IMG/VR virus record: IMGVR_UViG_3300031993_000006
Location: 128,001-192,000 of that record
DNA from: a virus
Lineage: Duplodnaviria > Caudoviricetes
Direction: 5' to 3' (one strand)
Length of the DNA: 64,000 bases
In this document: positions 9,841 to 19,512 of the stretch, one piece after another
Layout: every line of letters starts with the position of its first letter
How positions within the stretch are numbered: position 1 is the stretch's first letter
Notes under the pieces: model-generated
Told to the model about the DNA's origin: nothing
Seen by the model: only the letters and a program-made list of their open reading frames with translations
The model's database searches: none
Position numbers and translations under genes: made by a program

Positions 9841-9861
9841 GTTATGGTATCTGAGATACAA

Positions 9862-10203
9862 TTACCGTTGCCGCTGACCCTGAGCTGATTTGGTGAGGTA
9901 ATTGCTGTAGTCGCTCAGCTTGTTCATCAGTTTCTGTTTGACTTCATCCGGGTGGTTGGACTTGATGATTACGTTACCGACACCTTCTAGGAAGGCCCGG
10001 TCGCTGAGACCGGAATGCTTGCGGAAGTCGTCGAGCTCGGCGAAACCCTGGGCTTCGGTAATTGCCTTGGTTTCGGCAGCCTTGCGCCTGCGGTATTCGT
10101 TGGCCATCAGAGTGATGCCTTCGGTAAGCTTTTTGATGGTCTCCGTGTTCTCGGGTGTTTCAAGGTCCTCGATACCGTTTATAAGAGCTTCTAAGCGTGT
10201 CAT
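9862..10203 (-). CDS. hypothetical late protein (possible internal head protein)
   Basis: Minus-strand ATAAACT at 10236-10242, GAGG RBS; RLEA, LTEG, ITEA and FLEG sites. Confidence 0.7.
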   Translation of the reverse strand: MTRLEALINGIEDLETPENTETIKKLTEGITLMANEYRRRKAAETKAITEAQGFAELDDFRKHSGLSDRAFLEGVGNVIIKSNHPDEVKQKLMNKLSDYSNYLTKSAQGQRQR

Positions 10204-10265
10204 GATAGCCTCATTGTAAATACTTGTTTGACTCTAGTTTATCATTTTGCTATAAACTGTGTGAT

Positions 10266-11945
10266 ATGCGGCAGTATTATTATGTCAGGGAAGTAGAGAA
10301 GATACTTATCGCCATCTACGATATGTTCGACAACATGCGGGTGAATAAGTATACGGACCCACAGAGGAAGACCATCGATAAGACGGTCGAGATTCCTCTG
10401 GTTACTCACTATTCGAAGAGTTTTGCTAATTACCTGTCTTCCACGACATCCAAGCAGATTCTCCCGATTCTCCCGGTTGCCGGTCTACGCTACATGGGCG
10501 ACTCCCGGGATAATCCCAATATGCCGCAGCCGACCTATGCAAGGGAGCTGTACTGCAAAGAACACGACTTCTGGATTCGTGACATCCAGCCGAGGGCGCA
10601 TGTGTTCCGCTTCGAGCTGACCGTGCTTACCAGTAATACCTCCGATATGTGGCAGATTAAGGAGAATATCCAGTCTACTTTTGCAGAATATCGCAGTGTG
10701 CGGATTAAGGAATTCGATTTCTGTCCTGAACACGGGATAACCATCCCGGTCCATCTAGTAAATTGGAATGACGATGTTCATGATGAGACCGAGTTGACCT
10801 CGAACGAGTCGCAGTATTTCCAGACGACCTTCACGATAGAGGCGCACGGGTGGATACACAAGGCGTACATGATTCCTGCAGAAATCCGCTATGCCCAGAT
10901 GGACTTCAATGTGGGTAACAAGATGTTAGACAGCGAGCAGATTCTTGTCTATCCCGACGAGATTGCCAAGCAGAAGCGTCGTCTGTGGGAAACGGTGACC
11001 CCTTCCCGTCGCAAGGGATTCTCCCTGCTTAAAACATTTACCAGAACCCTTATGCGCCGCTCTACGGTGGATGGCGAGGAATACTGGAGTGATGAAACTC
11101 TCAGGTATGCGATGCTTACCTATAATGAGATTACCGGGTATGACAGCAACGGTGACCCGAAGGGATTCAACCCGATAGCCGTCGGTGATGGGGAGAACGG
11201 CTATGTGGAGGAATATGTCCGCAATCCGGATGGCTCATATGCAAGAAACGAGGATGGCTCGTTGAAGACTCAGCGCGTTCCGAAGTACAGCTGGGAACAG
11301 GTAGTCGTCGATGATGTCGAACGCCCGACCGAGGTGCCGTCATTTGACCTGTTGCACCTTACCTTTGATGAGGACAGTCCGTTTGCGAAGGATGCAAGCG
11401 GGATGGGCCGTGATTTTGTGGCAATCAATGACGAAAACCGTAAGTTCGTCCCGAATATTGCTCCTGGTAACGGTACTGATGCCCCGGAAGGATACGAGGC
11501 GCTTGGTATTCAGGCTGATTCGAGCAGTGAGAGTGGTATCAGTGACTGGGGGCAGATTATCGAGTGGTTCGGCGATAATAAGGAAGGGAAAATTGACAAC
11601 CCGTTCACCTTCAAGGCTACCCTGCAGTTCAAGGAATCTACTCCGGGTGATACCGTGTTCCAGTACCTGTATAACCCTGCCGATGTCACCCTTGAAGACG
11701 GTACCGTGATTCCGGCTGGAGAAGTATGGTTTGATTGGGGCGTGATGGATTCCAAGCTCTACTTTACTTATAAGACCACCACGCAGTATCATACATTCGA
11801 GACTGATACATTTGAATTTGACAACAAGACGATTTACTCATTCTACTTTGTCTTGTATAACAGCGGCGCGTCGGGTATGTTTGGCGTAAAGACTAACCTG
11901 AACGATACGATGGTCGCGTTGATTACACACGAAGTAAAGGAATAG
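10266..11945 (+). CDS. tail terminator/sheath stabiliser (T4 gp15-like) with a C-terminal extension
   Basis: N-terminus YYYVREVEKILIAIYDMFDNMRV...IPL...LP...QIKENI resembles gp15; TATAAACT at 10251-10258 places the start at ATG 10266. Confidence 0.7.
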   Translation: MRQYYYVREVEKILIAIYDMFDNMRVNKYTDPQRKTIDKTVEIPLVTHYSKSFANYLSSTTSKQILPILPVAGLRYMGDSRDNPNMPQPTYARELYCKEHDFWIRDIQPRAHVFRFELTVLTSNTSDMWQIKENIQSTFAEYRSVRIKEFDFCPEHGITIPVHLVNWNDDVHDETELTSNESQYFQTTFTIEAHGWIHKAYMIPAEIRYAQMDFNVGNKMLDSEQILVYPDEIAKQKRRLWETVTPSRRKGFSLLKTFTRTLMRRSTVDGEEYWSDETLRYAMLTYNEITGYDSNGDPKGFNPIAVGDGENGYVEEYVRNPDGSYARNEDGSLKTQRVPKYSWEQVVVDDVERPTEVPSFDLLHLTFDEDSPFAKDASGMGRDFVAINDENRKFVPNIAPGNGTDAPEGYEALGIQADSSSESGISDWGQIIEWFGDNKEGKIDNPFTFKATLQFKESTPGDTVFQYLYNPADVTLEDGTVIPAGEVWFDWGVMDSKLYFTYKTTTQYHTFETDTFEFDNKTIYSFYFVLYNSGASGMFGVKTNLNDTMVALITHEVKE

Positions 11946-11947
11946 CT

Positions 11948-12604
11948 ATGGATATCAAGGAGAGAATGGCTAGGCAGATGCATCGGGTGAAGGTGGAGGC
12001 CGCAATTGCTGCGATGAAGACTCCGCCACCTGATTATGTGTTCAAGGAACCGCAGATGCCGAAGCCGATGTCTGAACAGCAGAAGGTGCAGGCGTTTATC
12101 GAGGACCGTACCTATGACGACATTCCGATGGAGCGGAGTAAGATTGACCCGAAGCGGGTTACATCTATGGCCGATGTTCATCGTATCGTCATATCGGAAC
12201 AGCCGAGGGAATTTGTAATTGGTCCGAAGGAACAGCTGGACCACAAGGCGCCGAACTTCCGCAATATAGGTCAGGAAGCGATAGAGGGACCGGGATACTC
12301 GGCAATCAAGGCAAATAATAGGGATGACGAGGAAGACCGGATGATTCAGATGTCCGATGGTGATAATAGCGCCCCGGCACTTCATGGAATTAAGATTGAC
12401 CTTAGCGGTAGCATCGGAAAGATGGCGGCTGCCCAGCAGGCGACCGCTCCGAGTGAACCACCCCCTCCGCCCCCGCAGTCTCAGCCGAAAGCGGCTCAGC
12501 CCAACGTAGGTACGAATGTCCCTCCAGGTACCATTGAAATGACCGATATGCAGCGGCAGATGCTTGCTGCGATGCGCGCACAGAGGGGCGCGAAGGTTTT
12601 GTAA
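11948..12604 (+). CDS. hypothetical Pro/Gln-rich protein
   Basis: Translationally adjacent ORF with typical codon usage. Confidence 0.7.
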   Translation: MDIKERMARQMHRVKVEAAIAAMKTPPPDYVFKEPQMPKPMSEQQKVQAFIEDRTYDDIPMERSKIDPKRVTSMADVHRIVISEQPREFVIGPKEQLDHKAPNFRNIGQEAIEGPGYSAIKANNRDDEEDRMIQMSDGDNSAPALHGIKIDLSGSIGKMAAAQQATAPSEPPPPPPQSQPKAAQPNVGTNVPPGTIEMTDMQRQMLAAMRAQRGAKVL

Positions 12605-12625
12605 TTAACTAAAGGAGAATGCATT

Positions 12626-13330
12626 ATGAGCATGTCAATTCAGGAAAGAATGGCTCTGCAGGCGAGACTATCCGTAGCTTCGCATCGTCAGCCCATTCCG
12701 ACGCCACCCAAGGCAGCAGCGCCGGCATCCAGTGCCGTAGAGCGTATGGCAAAGCAGGCTGCTGTCGCCGCACAGAACAAGGCTTCAGCAAATTCACTTC
12801 CTCCTCCACCGGAACCGAAGTCCGCGCCGTCGATGAGCGCCGCCGAACGCATTCAGCGCCAGGCAATTACGGCTGCCGCACAGAAGGGCTTTAACGGAAA
12901 GGCCGAGGTGAACGCTCAGGTAATCGACTACTGGCACAAGCGCTACGCCGACTTCCAGAAGAATGTTACCGAAAAGCTCGCACTCGACCCACTCTACTTC
13001 GAGAAATTCGATGCAATTACCGGGCTGCCTCTTGATGGTTCCGGTGCGGAGACCTCGGAAACGAAGGAAGGCGCCCCGGTTGAATCTGAAGCGCCTGTAG
13101 TGGGTGTTGCTACGGCCGAAGGCGAAGTCGCAATCACTGCGCCGGCATCTGAACCGGTCAAGGATATGCCGTTCCAGGCTACCCCGGTGATTAAGCCGAA
13201 GCGCGTAGCGAGTCGTAAGAAGAAGCCTGCCACCAAGCCGATTGACCCTGAAAACGATGGAGTCGAGGAACCGGTGACAAGCAATCCGTTCGGTGTTACC
13301 GCAAGTGGAGAATCTGTAGGAATCCAGTAA
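12626..13330 (+). CDS. hypothetical Ala/Pro-rich protein
   Basis: AAGGAG RBS; composition suggests mostly disordered. Confidence 0.7.
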   Translation: MSMSIQERMALQARLSVASHRQPIPTPPKAAAPASSAVERMAKQAAVAAQNKASANSLPPPPEPKSAPSMSAAERIQRQAITAAAQKGFNGKAEVNAQVIDYWHKRYADFQKNVTEKLALDPLYFEKFDAITGLPLDGSGAETSETKEGAPVESEAPVVGVATAEGEVAITAPASEPVKDMPFQATPVIKPKRVASRKKKPATKPIDPENDGVEEPVTSNPFGVTASGESVGIQ

Positions 13331-14222
13331 TGGCTTCCCAGATGGAATCCAGTATGTTTCGGCTGCTGGCCTTCGGGCTGGCAGCCTTTTTCGTAGTTGC
13401 CTTTGGGGTTGCTTTCTTGGCCGGGTCTTCGCACCTTGCATGTTCTCCCTCGGGTTCCGCTGGAGTATTCTTGGGTGTTTCCTTTGGTTTTTCGGTGCAG
13501 GCATCGGCGATGCTCTTCATTGACAGGGATAGCGGCCAGTCGAACTTGTCTTTTCGTACATTGCTGTGGAAGAATACGCCGTTGAAATTCAGTGCGGTAC
13601 TTGCGTCGTCGAATGGTTCATCGTCCTTGACGAAATCGAGTCTGATTGAGTGCTTTGCCGCGAGGTACTTTACGAGGGAAGCTGTGGCGGCAATCTGGAT
13701 TGGACTCATCAGAGCGTAGTGCTTGTTCCCACGGTACTCGTGTTCCTCGTAGAACTCGGTTTCCTTTGCCGTGCAGTATACGCTTCCGTAGGCGTCGTAG
13801 AGCTTGCTGTTCTTCATGGTGAGTGGGCCATAGTTGGAAATTTCGATTCCGATTGACTGCTTGGAGAGGGCGGTGTTCCCCCCGATGGTTCCCGAGCCGA
13901 GATGATAGCTCCAGTTGTTGTCCGGGAAAAGCTCGTAGATGCGCCCTGTACGGTCGACTACATAGGATACCGATACATGGTTGCCCGGCTTGGATAGCGC
14001 CTCGATGTCGGACATGATGTACCCGACCGTGAAATGGAGGCAGATACTTTTCTTTGTCGTGTCGGCTGGATAGTAGTAGGTTGGGTCTGTTGGACGGATT
14101 GATGTGATTTCGAACCCGCCGGGGATGGTTACCGTTCCGACTCTCTTGAATGTACGCCCGCTCGGAAGCTTCAATGTATCCGCAAAACGGTCTTCTTTTT
14201 CGGAAATTTTGGATGGATGCAT
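13296..14222 (-). CDS. N-acetylmuramoyl-L-alanine amidase (Amidase_2), probable endolysin
   Basis: ICLHFT, SVSYVVDRTGRIYEL, WSYHLG, SIGIEISN and FHSNVRKDKFD motifs; minus-strand late promoter at 14252-14258. Confidence 0.85.
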   Translation of the reverse strand: MHPSKISEKEDRFADTLKLPSGRTFKRVGTVTIPGGFEITSIRPTDPTYYYPADTTKKSICLHFTVGYIMSDIEALSKPGNHVSVSYVVDRTGRIYELFPDNNWSYHLGSGTIGGNTALSKQSIGIEISNYGPLTMKNSKLYDAYGSVYCTAKETEFYEEHEYRGNKHYALMSPIQIAATASLVKYLAAKHSIRLDFVKDDEPFDDASTALNFNGVFFHSNVRKDKFDWPLSLSMKSIADACTEKPKETPKNTPAEPEGEHARCEDPAKKATPKATTKKAASPKASSRNILDSIWEAITGFLQILHLR

Positions 14223-14293
14223 ACTGAAGTCTCCTTTTTTCTGCTGGTCGAAGTTTATGCAACGATAAACTTGCGGAAAATAACAGTGAAGGT

Positions 14294-14848
14294 ATGATTA
14301 TGGCAGTCGATATGGCTCAGGCTCAGGCTCTTAAGTTTAGGGAGATTCTCAGGGAAAATATCGAAAAACTCGTTGGTGATAGCGAGACGACCGATGCGAT
14401 TATGAACATGTGTGAAACGGTTAGTAAAATGGCTGCGGTGAACGAGAAAAGCCGGGCTATCTTGATGGAAGCTGCCGACCAGAAGGGCAATAGTTACGAT
14501 ACGCTCAAGGATATGGCGAAGTGGCTCCTTAACGAAGGTAATGACCTTAATGTGTTTCACTGGAATGTGGATAAGAATTCTAAGCATGAATTGCTTGACG
14601 AAGCTTACAAACTTTGCCGGGATAGCGGCGATAAGCTAGCCGAGGCTTACATAGCGATTATGGACAAGCCGACTGACACGCCGCCTAGCGATGAAGAGGT
14701 GCTGAATCGTCTGAAGACTTTGCAGAGCCGTATGCAGGAGGCTGTATCCAAGAATCCGAAGTTCAGCGAAGGTGTCAAGAATTACTTTGCTGATTTCGAC
14801 GAGAAGATTACGACCATTATCTACAAGTGGTCACGGTTCAGCGCCTAA
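14294..14848 (+). CDS. Dps/ferritin-like protein with an N-terminal extension
   Basis: FHWNVDKNSKHELLDEAY...DKLAEAY fits the Dps-type HW..H..LDE.Y..D.LAE pattern; late promoter at 14265-14271. Confidence 0.65.
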   Translation: MIMAVDMAQAQALKFREILRENIEKLVGDSETTDAIMNMCETVSKMAAVNEKSRAILMEAADQKGNSYDTLKDMAKWLLNEGNDLNVFHWNVDKNSKHELLDEAYKLCRDSGDKLAEAYIAIMDKPTDTPPSDEEVLNRLKTLQSRMQEAVSKNPKFSEGVKNYFADFDEKITTIIYKWSRFSA

Positions 14849-14857
14849 TCGGCATAA

Positions 14858-14869
14858 TTGCTATATTTG
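14858..14869 (+). promoter_or_regulatory. putative host-sigma (early) promoter TTGCTATATTTG
   Basis: Recurrent intergenic motif containing TAnnTTTG. Confidence 0.7.
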
Positions 14870-14897
14870 TATTACTGTCACTATACGGAGGTTCACA

Positions 14898-15488
14898 ATG
14901 GATATGGCCAAGATGCTTGCCGAGGAAAGGGAAGATATGCTTAAGCATAAGTATATCGAATCGGAGAAGGCTGGTCGCGACCTGGGTGAGCCGTCTATGG
15001 TGAAGTGGGCGAAGGAATTCGGGGAAGCGTGGCGTTTTAACTACAACAAGACGCATATGATGGACCTCGGCGATGGCACTAAGCCCGTATATTTCGGTAT
15101 TTTTCTGGACCAGAAGTCCAGGGAATATCTCCAGAATGAACTCTTTGAATATGTTCCGTCCGGGTGGCGCATGTTGTGCCACCATTGCACGATAGCATTT
15201 GGCAGCCCGGAGAAACACCCTGATGTACTCGACTTCCTTGCATTGAAACTGGCAAAGAATGTCGAACTGGAAATAGTATCCCTTGGCATCTCTGATGATG
15301 CGATTGCGGTAGGGGTTGCCGGTGATTTCAAGTCTATAAACCCGATACCGCATATCACTGTCGGTATACCGTTCGATGGAAAGCCGAAAAACTCGAATTT
15401 CATTAAGGAATGGAAAGAATTTAAAATGGACCGGAAGGTAGTCGGTGTAGTCGATGCTTACCCGAGTCACTTTGGGTGGAAACACTAG
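14898..15488 (+). CDS. 2H phosphoesterase-family protein with a small N-terminal helical domain
   Basis: Two HxT motifs (HCTIAFG, PHITVG); GGAGG RBS before ATG 14898. Confidence 0.7.
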   Translation: MDMAKMLAEEREDMLKHKYIESEKAGRDLGEPSMVKWAKEFGEAWRFNYNKTHMMDLGDGTKPVYFGIFLDQKSREYLQNELFEYVPSGWRMLCHHCTIAFGSPEKHPDVLDFLALKLAKNVELEIVSLGISDDAIAVGVAGDFKSINPIPHITVGIPFDGKPKNSNFIKEWKEFKMDRKVVGVVDAYPSHFGWKH

Positions 15489-15489
15489 T

Positions 15490-16488
15490 ATGGATAATCA
15501 GTTACAGGATATCATGCCGCAGGACGAGAACTTGTCCAACGCGCTTATGGCGGGATACAATGCCGCTAGACAGATGAATTTCAAGGATACATCTAAAAAG
15601 GTGCTTAATTTCACCCACAACGACCTGGATGGCGTCGTTGCCGGAATCGTGGTCAAGAATGTGTTCCCTGATGTCGATGTCTATCCGGTTAACTACAAGG
15701 GTAGCCCGATGTATGATACTGCGGTGGCTCGTATTGCGCAGACCGGCGCAAACTATGACTTTATCCTGTTTACCGACTGGTGTCCGGGCGTGAACGATAC
15801 GGAAATGTATGACGCGCTTCATCAGGCGCGTGTGCCGTTCCTCGTGATTGACCATCACCAGAAAGCGGAGAAGCATCCGGACGACCCGCAGGGTACATTT
15901 GTGATTGATACTTCGAAGTGCGGCGCATATAACTGCTATGAGTTTTTCGGGGATATCAAGGACTTGTCCTATCTTGATACCTTATGCGATGTTACTAACG
16001 ACCACGATATGTGGATTCGTAAGAAAGTTCCGCTTTCCGACCATCTGAATTCTTTGCTGTACCTTATCGGTACCGAGGAATTTGACCGTAAGTACCGTCA
16101 CGGTATGGATGGCTACAATTTGCTTCCTGACGATGCGGAATTAATGCGTAACCACGATGCTGAGGTGGATGCCTATCTCAATTCGTTGAAATTGACTCCG
16201 CTTCCGGGTAATGGCGTATATACTACGGTCGGCAAGTTTAATAGCGAGATTGTTCTCCGCTTGGAAGATAAGTACGACTGGATTGTTCTTAGGTCCGGGC
16301 AGCAGGATGTTCCGGGAATGATAAAACTATCCTTCCGCGCACGGAGAAAGGACCTTAATCTCGGCAAGATTTTGGATAGCCTTGGACGAGGCGGTGGCGG
16401 ACATCCGGGTGCTGCTGGTCAGGTTCTTCCTGAGGCGGATGTGGCTCCATTCATCATGGAAGTCGCAAAGATAATTACTTCAATGTAA
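15490..16488 (+). CDS. DHH/DHHA1 phosphoesterase
   Basis: THNDLDG, FTD, IDHH and GGGGHPGAAG motifs. Confidence 0.9.
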   Translation: MDNQLQDIMPQDENLSNALMAGYNAARQMNFKDTSKKVLNFTHNDLDGVVAGIVVKNVFPDVDVYPVNYKGSPMYDTAVARIAQTGANYDFILFTDWCPGVNDTEMYDALHQARVPFLVIDHHQKAEKHPDDPQGTFVIDTSKCGAYNCYEFFGDIKDLSYLDTLCDVTNDHDMWIRKKVPLSDHLNSLLYLIGTEEFDRKYRHGMDGYNLLPDDAELMRNHDAEVDAYLNSLKLTPLPGNGVYTTVGKFNSEIVLRLEDKYDWIVLRSGQQDVPGMIKLSFRARRKDLNLGKILDSLGRGGGGHPGAAGQVLPEADVAPFIMEVAKIITSM

Positions 16489-16894
16489 TGGCGATTGCGA
16501 TAACAAAAAGCAAAAGTAGACATACGGTGAACTTTTCACCGAAACTGAACCCGACCGTATCGGGTTCAGTTTTGTTTTTAGGAGGATTGATTGAACCGTT
16601 GTTGGAAATAAAATCTACACAACATATGTTGTATATTTCTGGAATGTTGTCAATCGGCCCGTTGGTAGGTGCGAAAAAGTCGAATGGGGCGTACCCGGGG
16701 TAACTCGTGAGACGGAATATTACATAACCGTCGTTGAATTGGTATTCCCGGATTGAATACTTGATAAACAGCGATTCAGCATCAAATTCGCGGTTTACCG
16801 TGCTGATTAATTTGGCGTATTGTTTGAGGAAATCTTCGGTGTCGATATTTCGGTCGCCGTGGTATGTTACTTTTATTGTATCTAGGTTTAGCAT
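16475..16894 (-). CDS. hypothetical protein with a C-terminal TM helix
   Basis: Promoter motif 4 nt before the ATG; hydrophobic tail; AT-rich. Confidence 0.6.
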   Translation of the reverse strand: MLNLDTIKVTYHGDRNIDTEDFLKQYAKLISTVNREFDAESLFIKYSIREYQFNDGYVIFRLTSYPGYAPFDFFAPTNGPIDNIPEIYNICCVDFISNNGSINPPKNKTEPDTVGFSFGEKFTVCLLLLFVIAIAITLK

Positions 16895-16959
16895 AAAACA
16901 AATATAGCAAAGAAATGCAGCCGGTTGGCTGCCTTTGCTGATTGTTGCGATTAGAATAT

Positions 16960-17376
16960 TTAGTTTGCCGGTGTAGTGGCCGGTATGGCGACCGGCTTGG
17001 CAAAGGAGTTTCGTGTCCAGGTAACACGGAGCTCTTCATAGGCGAATCCCTTCCTGGCTTCCTTGTTTTTGAGGATGATTTGTCCGCGGAACAGGATGCT
17101 GGAACGGGTTTCCGGCGGCAAGCTCATCAGCTCATTGAATGCGCCCAAAAGCTGATTCCATTTCTTGTACATCGGATTGTGCTTAAAGCGACTCATTCTT
17201 TGCACGATGCGGTAGAAGTTTCCCTTGTAGTTCGGGTGGTCGTCGTCCTGCGGGACGACAGATGGCGTTTCTTCGTCGAGGTTGGCGGTTTCTTCAGCGA
17301 TAGCCTGCACTTCGGCGGCGTCCTTTTCCTGGGCGGCCGTTACTTCTTGCATATTTTCTTCGGAAGTCATGTTCAT
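16960..17376 (-). CDS. hypothetical protein
   Basis: Promoter at 17410-17423 and AGGA RBS favour the start at 17376 over 17430. Confidence 0.65.
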   Translation of the reverse strand: MNMTSEENMQEVTAAQEKDAAEVQAIAEETANLDEETPSVVPQDDDHPNYKGNFYRIVQRMSRFKHNPMYKKWNQLLGAFNELMSLPPETRSSILFRGQIILKNKEARKGFAYEELRVTWTRNSFAKPVAIPATTPAN

Positions 17377-17528
17377 AGAAAGTTTCCTGTGGTTAGTTTT
17401 GCTATAACACAAATATAGCAAAATTACCATCGGTCGTAGCAGGGATGTTTCTCCACGGGAGTGATTGCAAGCTTGTCGAGTTCATTGAGGTTGTTGTACC
17501 AGTTTTCCTGATACTGTTTCATCGGGTT

Positions 17529-19512
17529 ACTAACAGCTAACCTAAAATCTACCTAAGCTTACTCAAATATAGCAAAATCTACGAGAAATATGTGTATTTT
17601 TAGGTTGCAAATCGGCATAAAATTTTGTATATTGTTATAAACTTGATGTATAGAGGTTCGATGAATTAGTGGCTTTCTTCATTGAACGACAATAAGAGAC
17701 CATTTATGATGGCTCGTTTGATGCTGAAAGCCACAAAAAGTATCGAACGAGCCATTTCTGTATTGTATGAGCAAGCACTGTTGGACATTGAAGGATAGGT
17801 ACGAATCGCAGTTCTCCGCTGCGTTCTATCCTATCATGCTGTCCGACACTAAGCGAGCCGAAATTATCCATAGGGCAGAAGAAATCCGTGCGGTAAGGAA
17901 CGACATATCGGAAGTGTTCTTCTCGGATATGCTCGGCTTCCAGGACATGAGCAAGTTCGAGGCGTTCAACTTCTTCAATCCTACGTTCAACACCCGGCTT
18001 TCCAGCCATTACTTGAAGAAGGCTATCGAAGAAGTATGGAAAGCATACCAGCTAAGGTTTGGTGCAATCCGCAAGAAGATTGAGTTTGTAAAAGTAGAAA
18101 AGCTTGTGCCGTCATTCTATAAGATAAATTCTCATGGACATAAGAAGGGCGAGCTGAAATCTATCGAAGTACATACCAAGAAGACCGAACTAACGAAAGT
18201 ATTGACCTGGCTTGCACGATATGGAAAGGACGAATCCGTTTACTGGCTAGAATCCGTTATCCCTACTGTTGTAGAAACCAAGCAGAAATTCTACCGAACC
18301 ATTCTTGAAAAGATACACAAGTTCGGTTTCGACCGCCTTATGCGATTGGCCTTATCCCGTAGAGAAGCTGTATATGCGAAATATATCGAACGTGGAAAGA
18401 TTACCTTTGATTCGCTCACTTTCAGCGGGCGAAGCCGTATCACGCGTCCTATAGTGGATGCCCGTAGGAACGAGACCGGAAAGTTCGACTATTTCATCGA
18501 GATTTCCTGGGACTGGTCCAGCCAGGCATACCATGGACCTAGTGAGCATACACTGTGCATCCCGTTCAAGTACAACAAGGCATACCACAAGTCACTGCAA
18601 AGATACTGCAATGGTGGAGACACTTCCTATACAATCGTAATCCGAGGAAAGGACATCCACGTAGTCCTGGCAAGGGACGGCTACCGCTACAAGAGCGATG
18701 CAGAAATTACCGAGGAGAATACGGTCGGCATAGATGTCAATTCCAAGCATAACATGTTCGCATTGAGCACCGGAGAGTTCATTCCCCATGACGAGAAGCT
18801 GATTGCCGAACTTGAAGACGAGCTGTTTAAAATCGACAACAAGCAGAAGAACTACGATGCCCGGTTCAAGGAATACGAGGAACATGATGCCTTCAAGATT
18901 TCCAGTAAGGACAAGAAGCGGATAGAAGCCATTACCTTGAAGCTGAACGAATCCAACAAGCGTAGAATTGCCACCATGTGCAAGGACCTTGCCGACCGTG
19001 GATTCAAGCACATTGTAATGGAAAATCTTACAGGATTTCAAGGAAGCAGACTAAATGCCGATGACAAGAAAGGTTTCAACTTAGGACGGTTGCATCTACG
19101 AATTGGACTGTCATCGTTAAAGGATGACGTAGAACATATATCGGCACATTATGGACTGGGCTTCTCGCTCATACAGCCAGAGTATACCTCGAAGATGTGT
19201 CCGGTATGCGGCGGTATAGACGACCGGAACCGCCAGACTCAAGAAGAATTTAAGTGTGTGGACTGCTTGCATGCCGACAATGCAGACTGCAATAGTTCAA
19301 TAAACATCAAGTTCCGCCTTACCTCGACCGTGTTAAGAGGGTACCTACTTGAAGTAGGGGATAGCGGATATAGGTGCTTCCAGCCAAAGAGCTTGTTCGG
19401 GTGGCAAGTAAGGAAGTGCCTAGAAAAGTGCCGTTGCGATGGTCTGTTCAAACGGTCCATAGGAAATCACGAAAAACTTACGATGAGTAAGTTTGAGTAG
19501 ATTTCAGTCAAC
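17529..19512 (+). mobile_element. non-autonomous TnpB element with imperfect terminal inverted repeats (possibly IS607-related)
   Basis: GGTT at 17525-17528 and 19513-19516; IRs at 17542-17565 and 19484-19507 (20/24 match); no transposase gene. Confidence 0.8.
17767..19500 (+). CDS. tnpB: large TnpB/Cas12f-like RNA-guided nuclease (577 aa)
   Basis: RuvC-I GIDVN, RuvC-II VMENL, CPVC...CVDC zinc finger and RuvC-III NADCNSSINI. Confidence 0.88.
   Translation: MSKHCWTLKDRYESQFSAAFYPIMLSDTKRAEIIHRAEEIRAVRNDISEVFFSDMLGFQDMSKFEAFNFFNPTFNTRLSSHYLKKAIEEVWKAYQLRFGAIRKKIEFVKVEKLVPSFYKINSHGHKKGELKSIEVHTKKTELTKVLTWLARYGKDESVYWLESVIPTVVETKQKFYRTILEKIHKFGFDRLMRLALSRREAVYAKYIERGKITFDSLTFSGRSRITRPIVDARRNETGKFDYFIEISWDWSSQAYHGPSEHTLCIPFKYNKAYHKSLQRYCNGGDTSYTIVIRGKDIHVVLARDGYRYKSDAEITEENTVGIDVNSKHNMFALSTGEFIPHDEKLIAELEDELFKIDNKQKNYDARFKEYEEHDAFKISSKDKKRIEAITLKLNESNKRRIATMCKDLADRGFKHIVMENLTGFQGSRLNADDKKGFNLGRLHLRIGLSSLKDDVEHISAHYGLGFSLIQPEYTSKMCPVCGGIDDRNRQTQEEFKCVDCLHADNADCNSSINIKFRLTSTVLRGYLLEVGDSGYRCFQPKSLFGWQVRKCLEKCRCDGLFKRSIGNHEKLTMSKFE

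Noticed and set aside
17529-19512. IStron (self-splicing intron plus IS) restoring the split gene
   Set aside because: tnpB is antisense to the interrupted gene, and no group I core motifs are evident.
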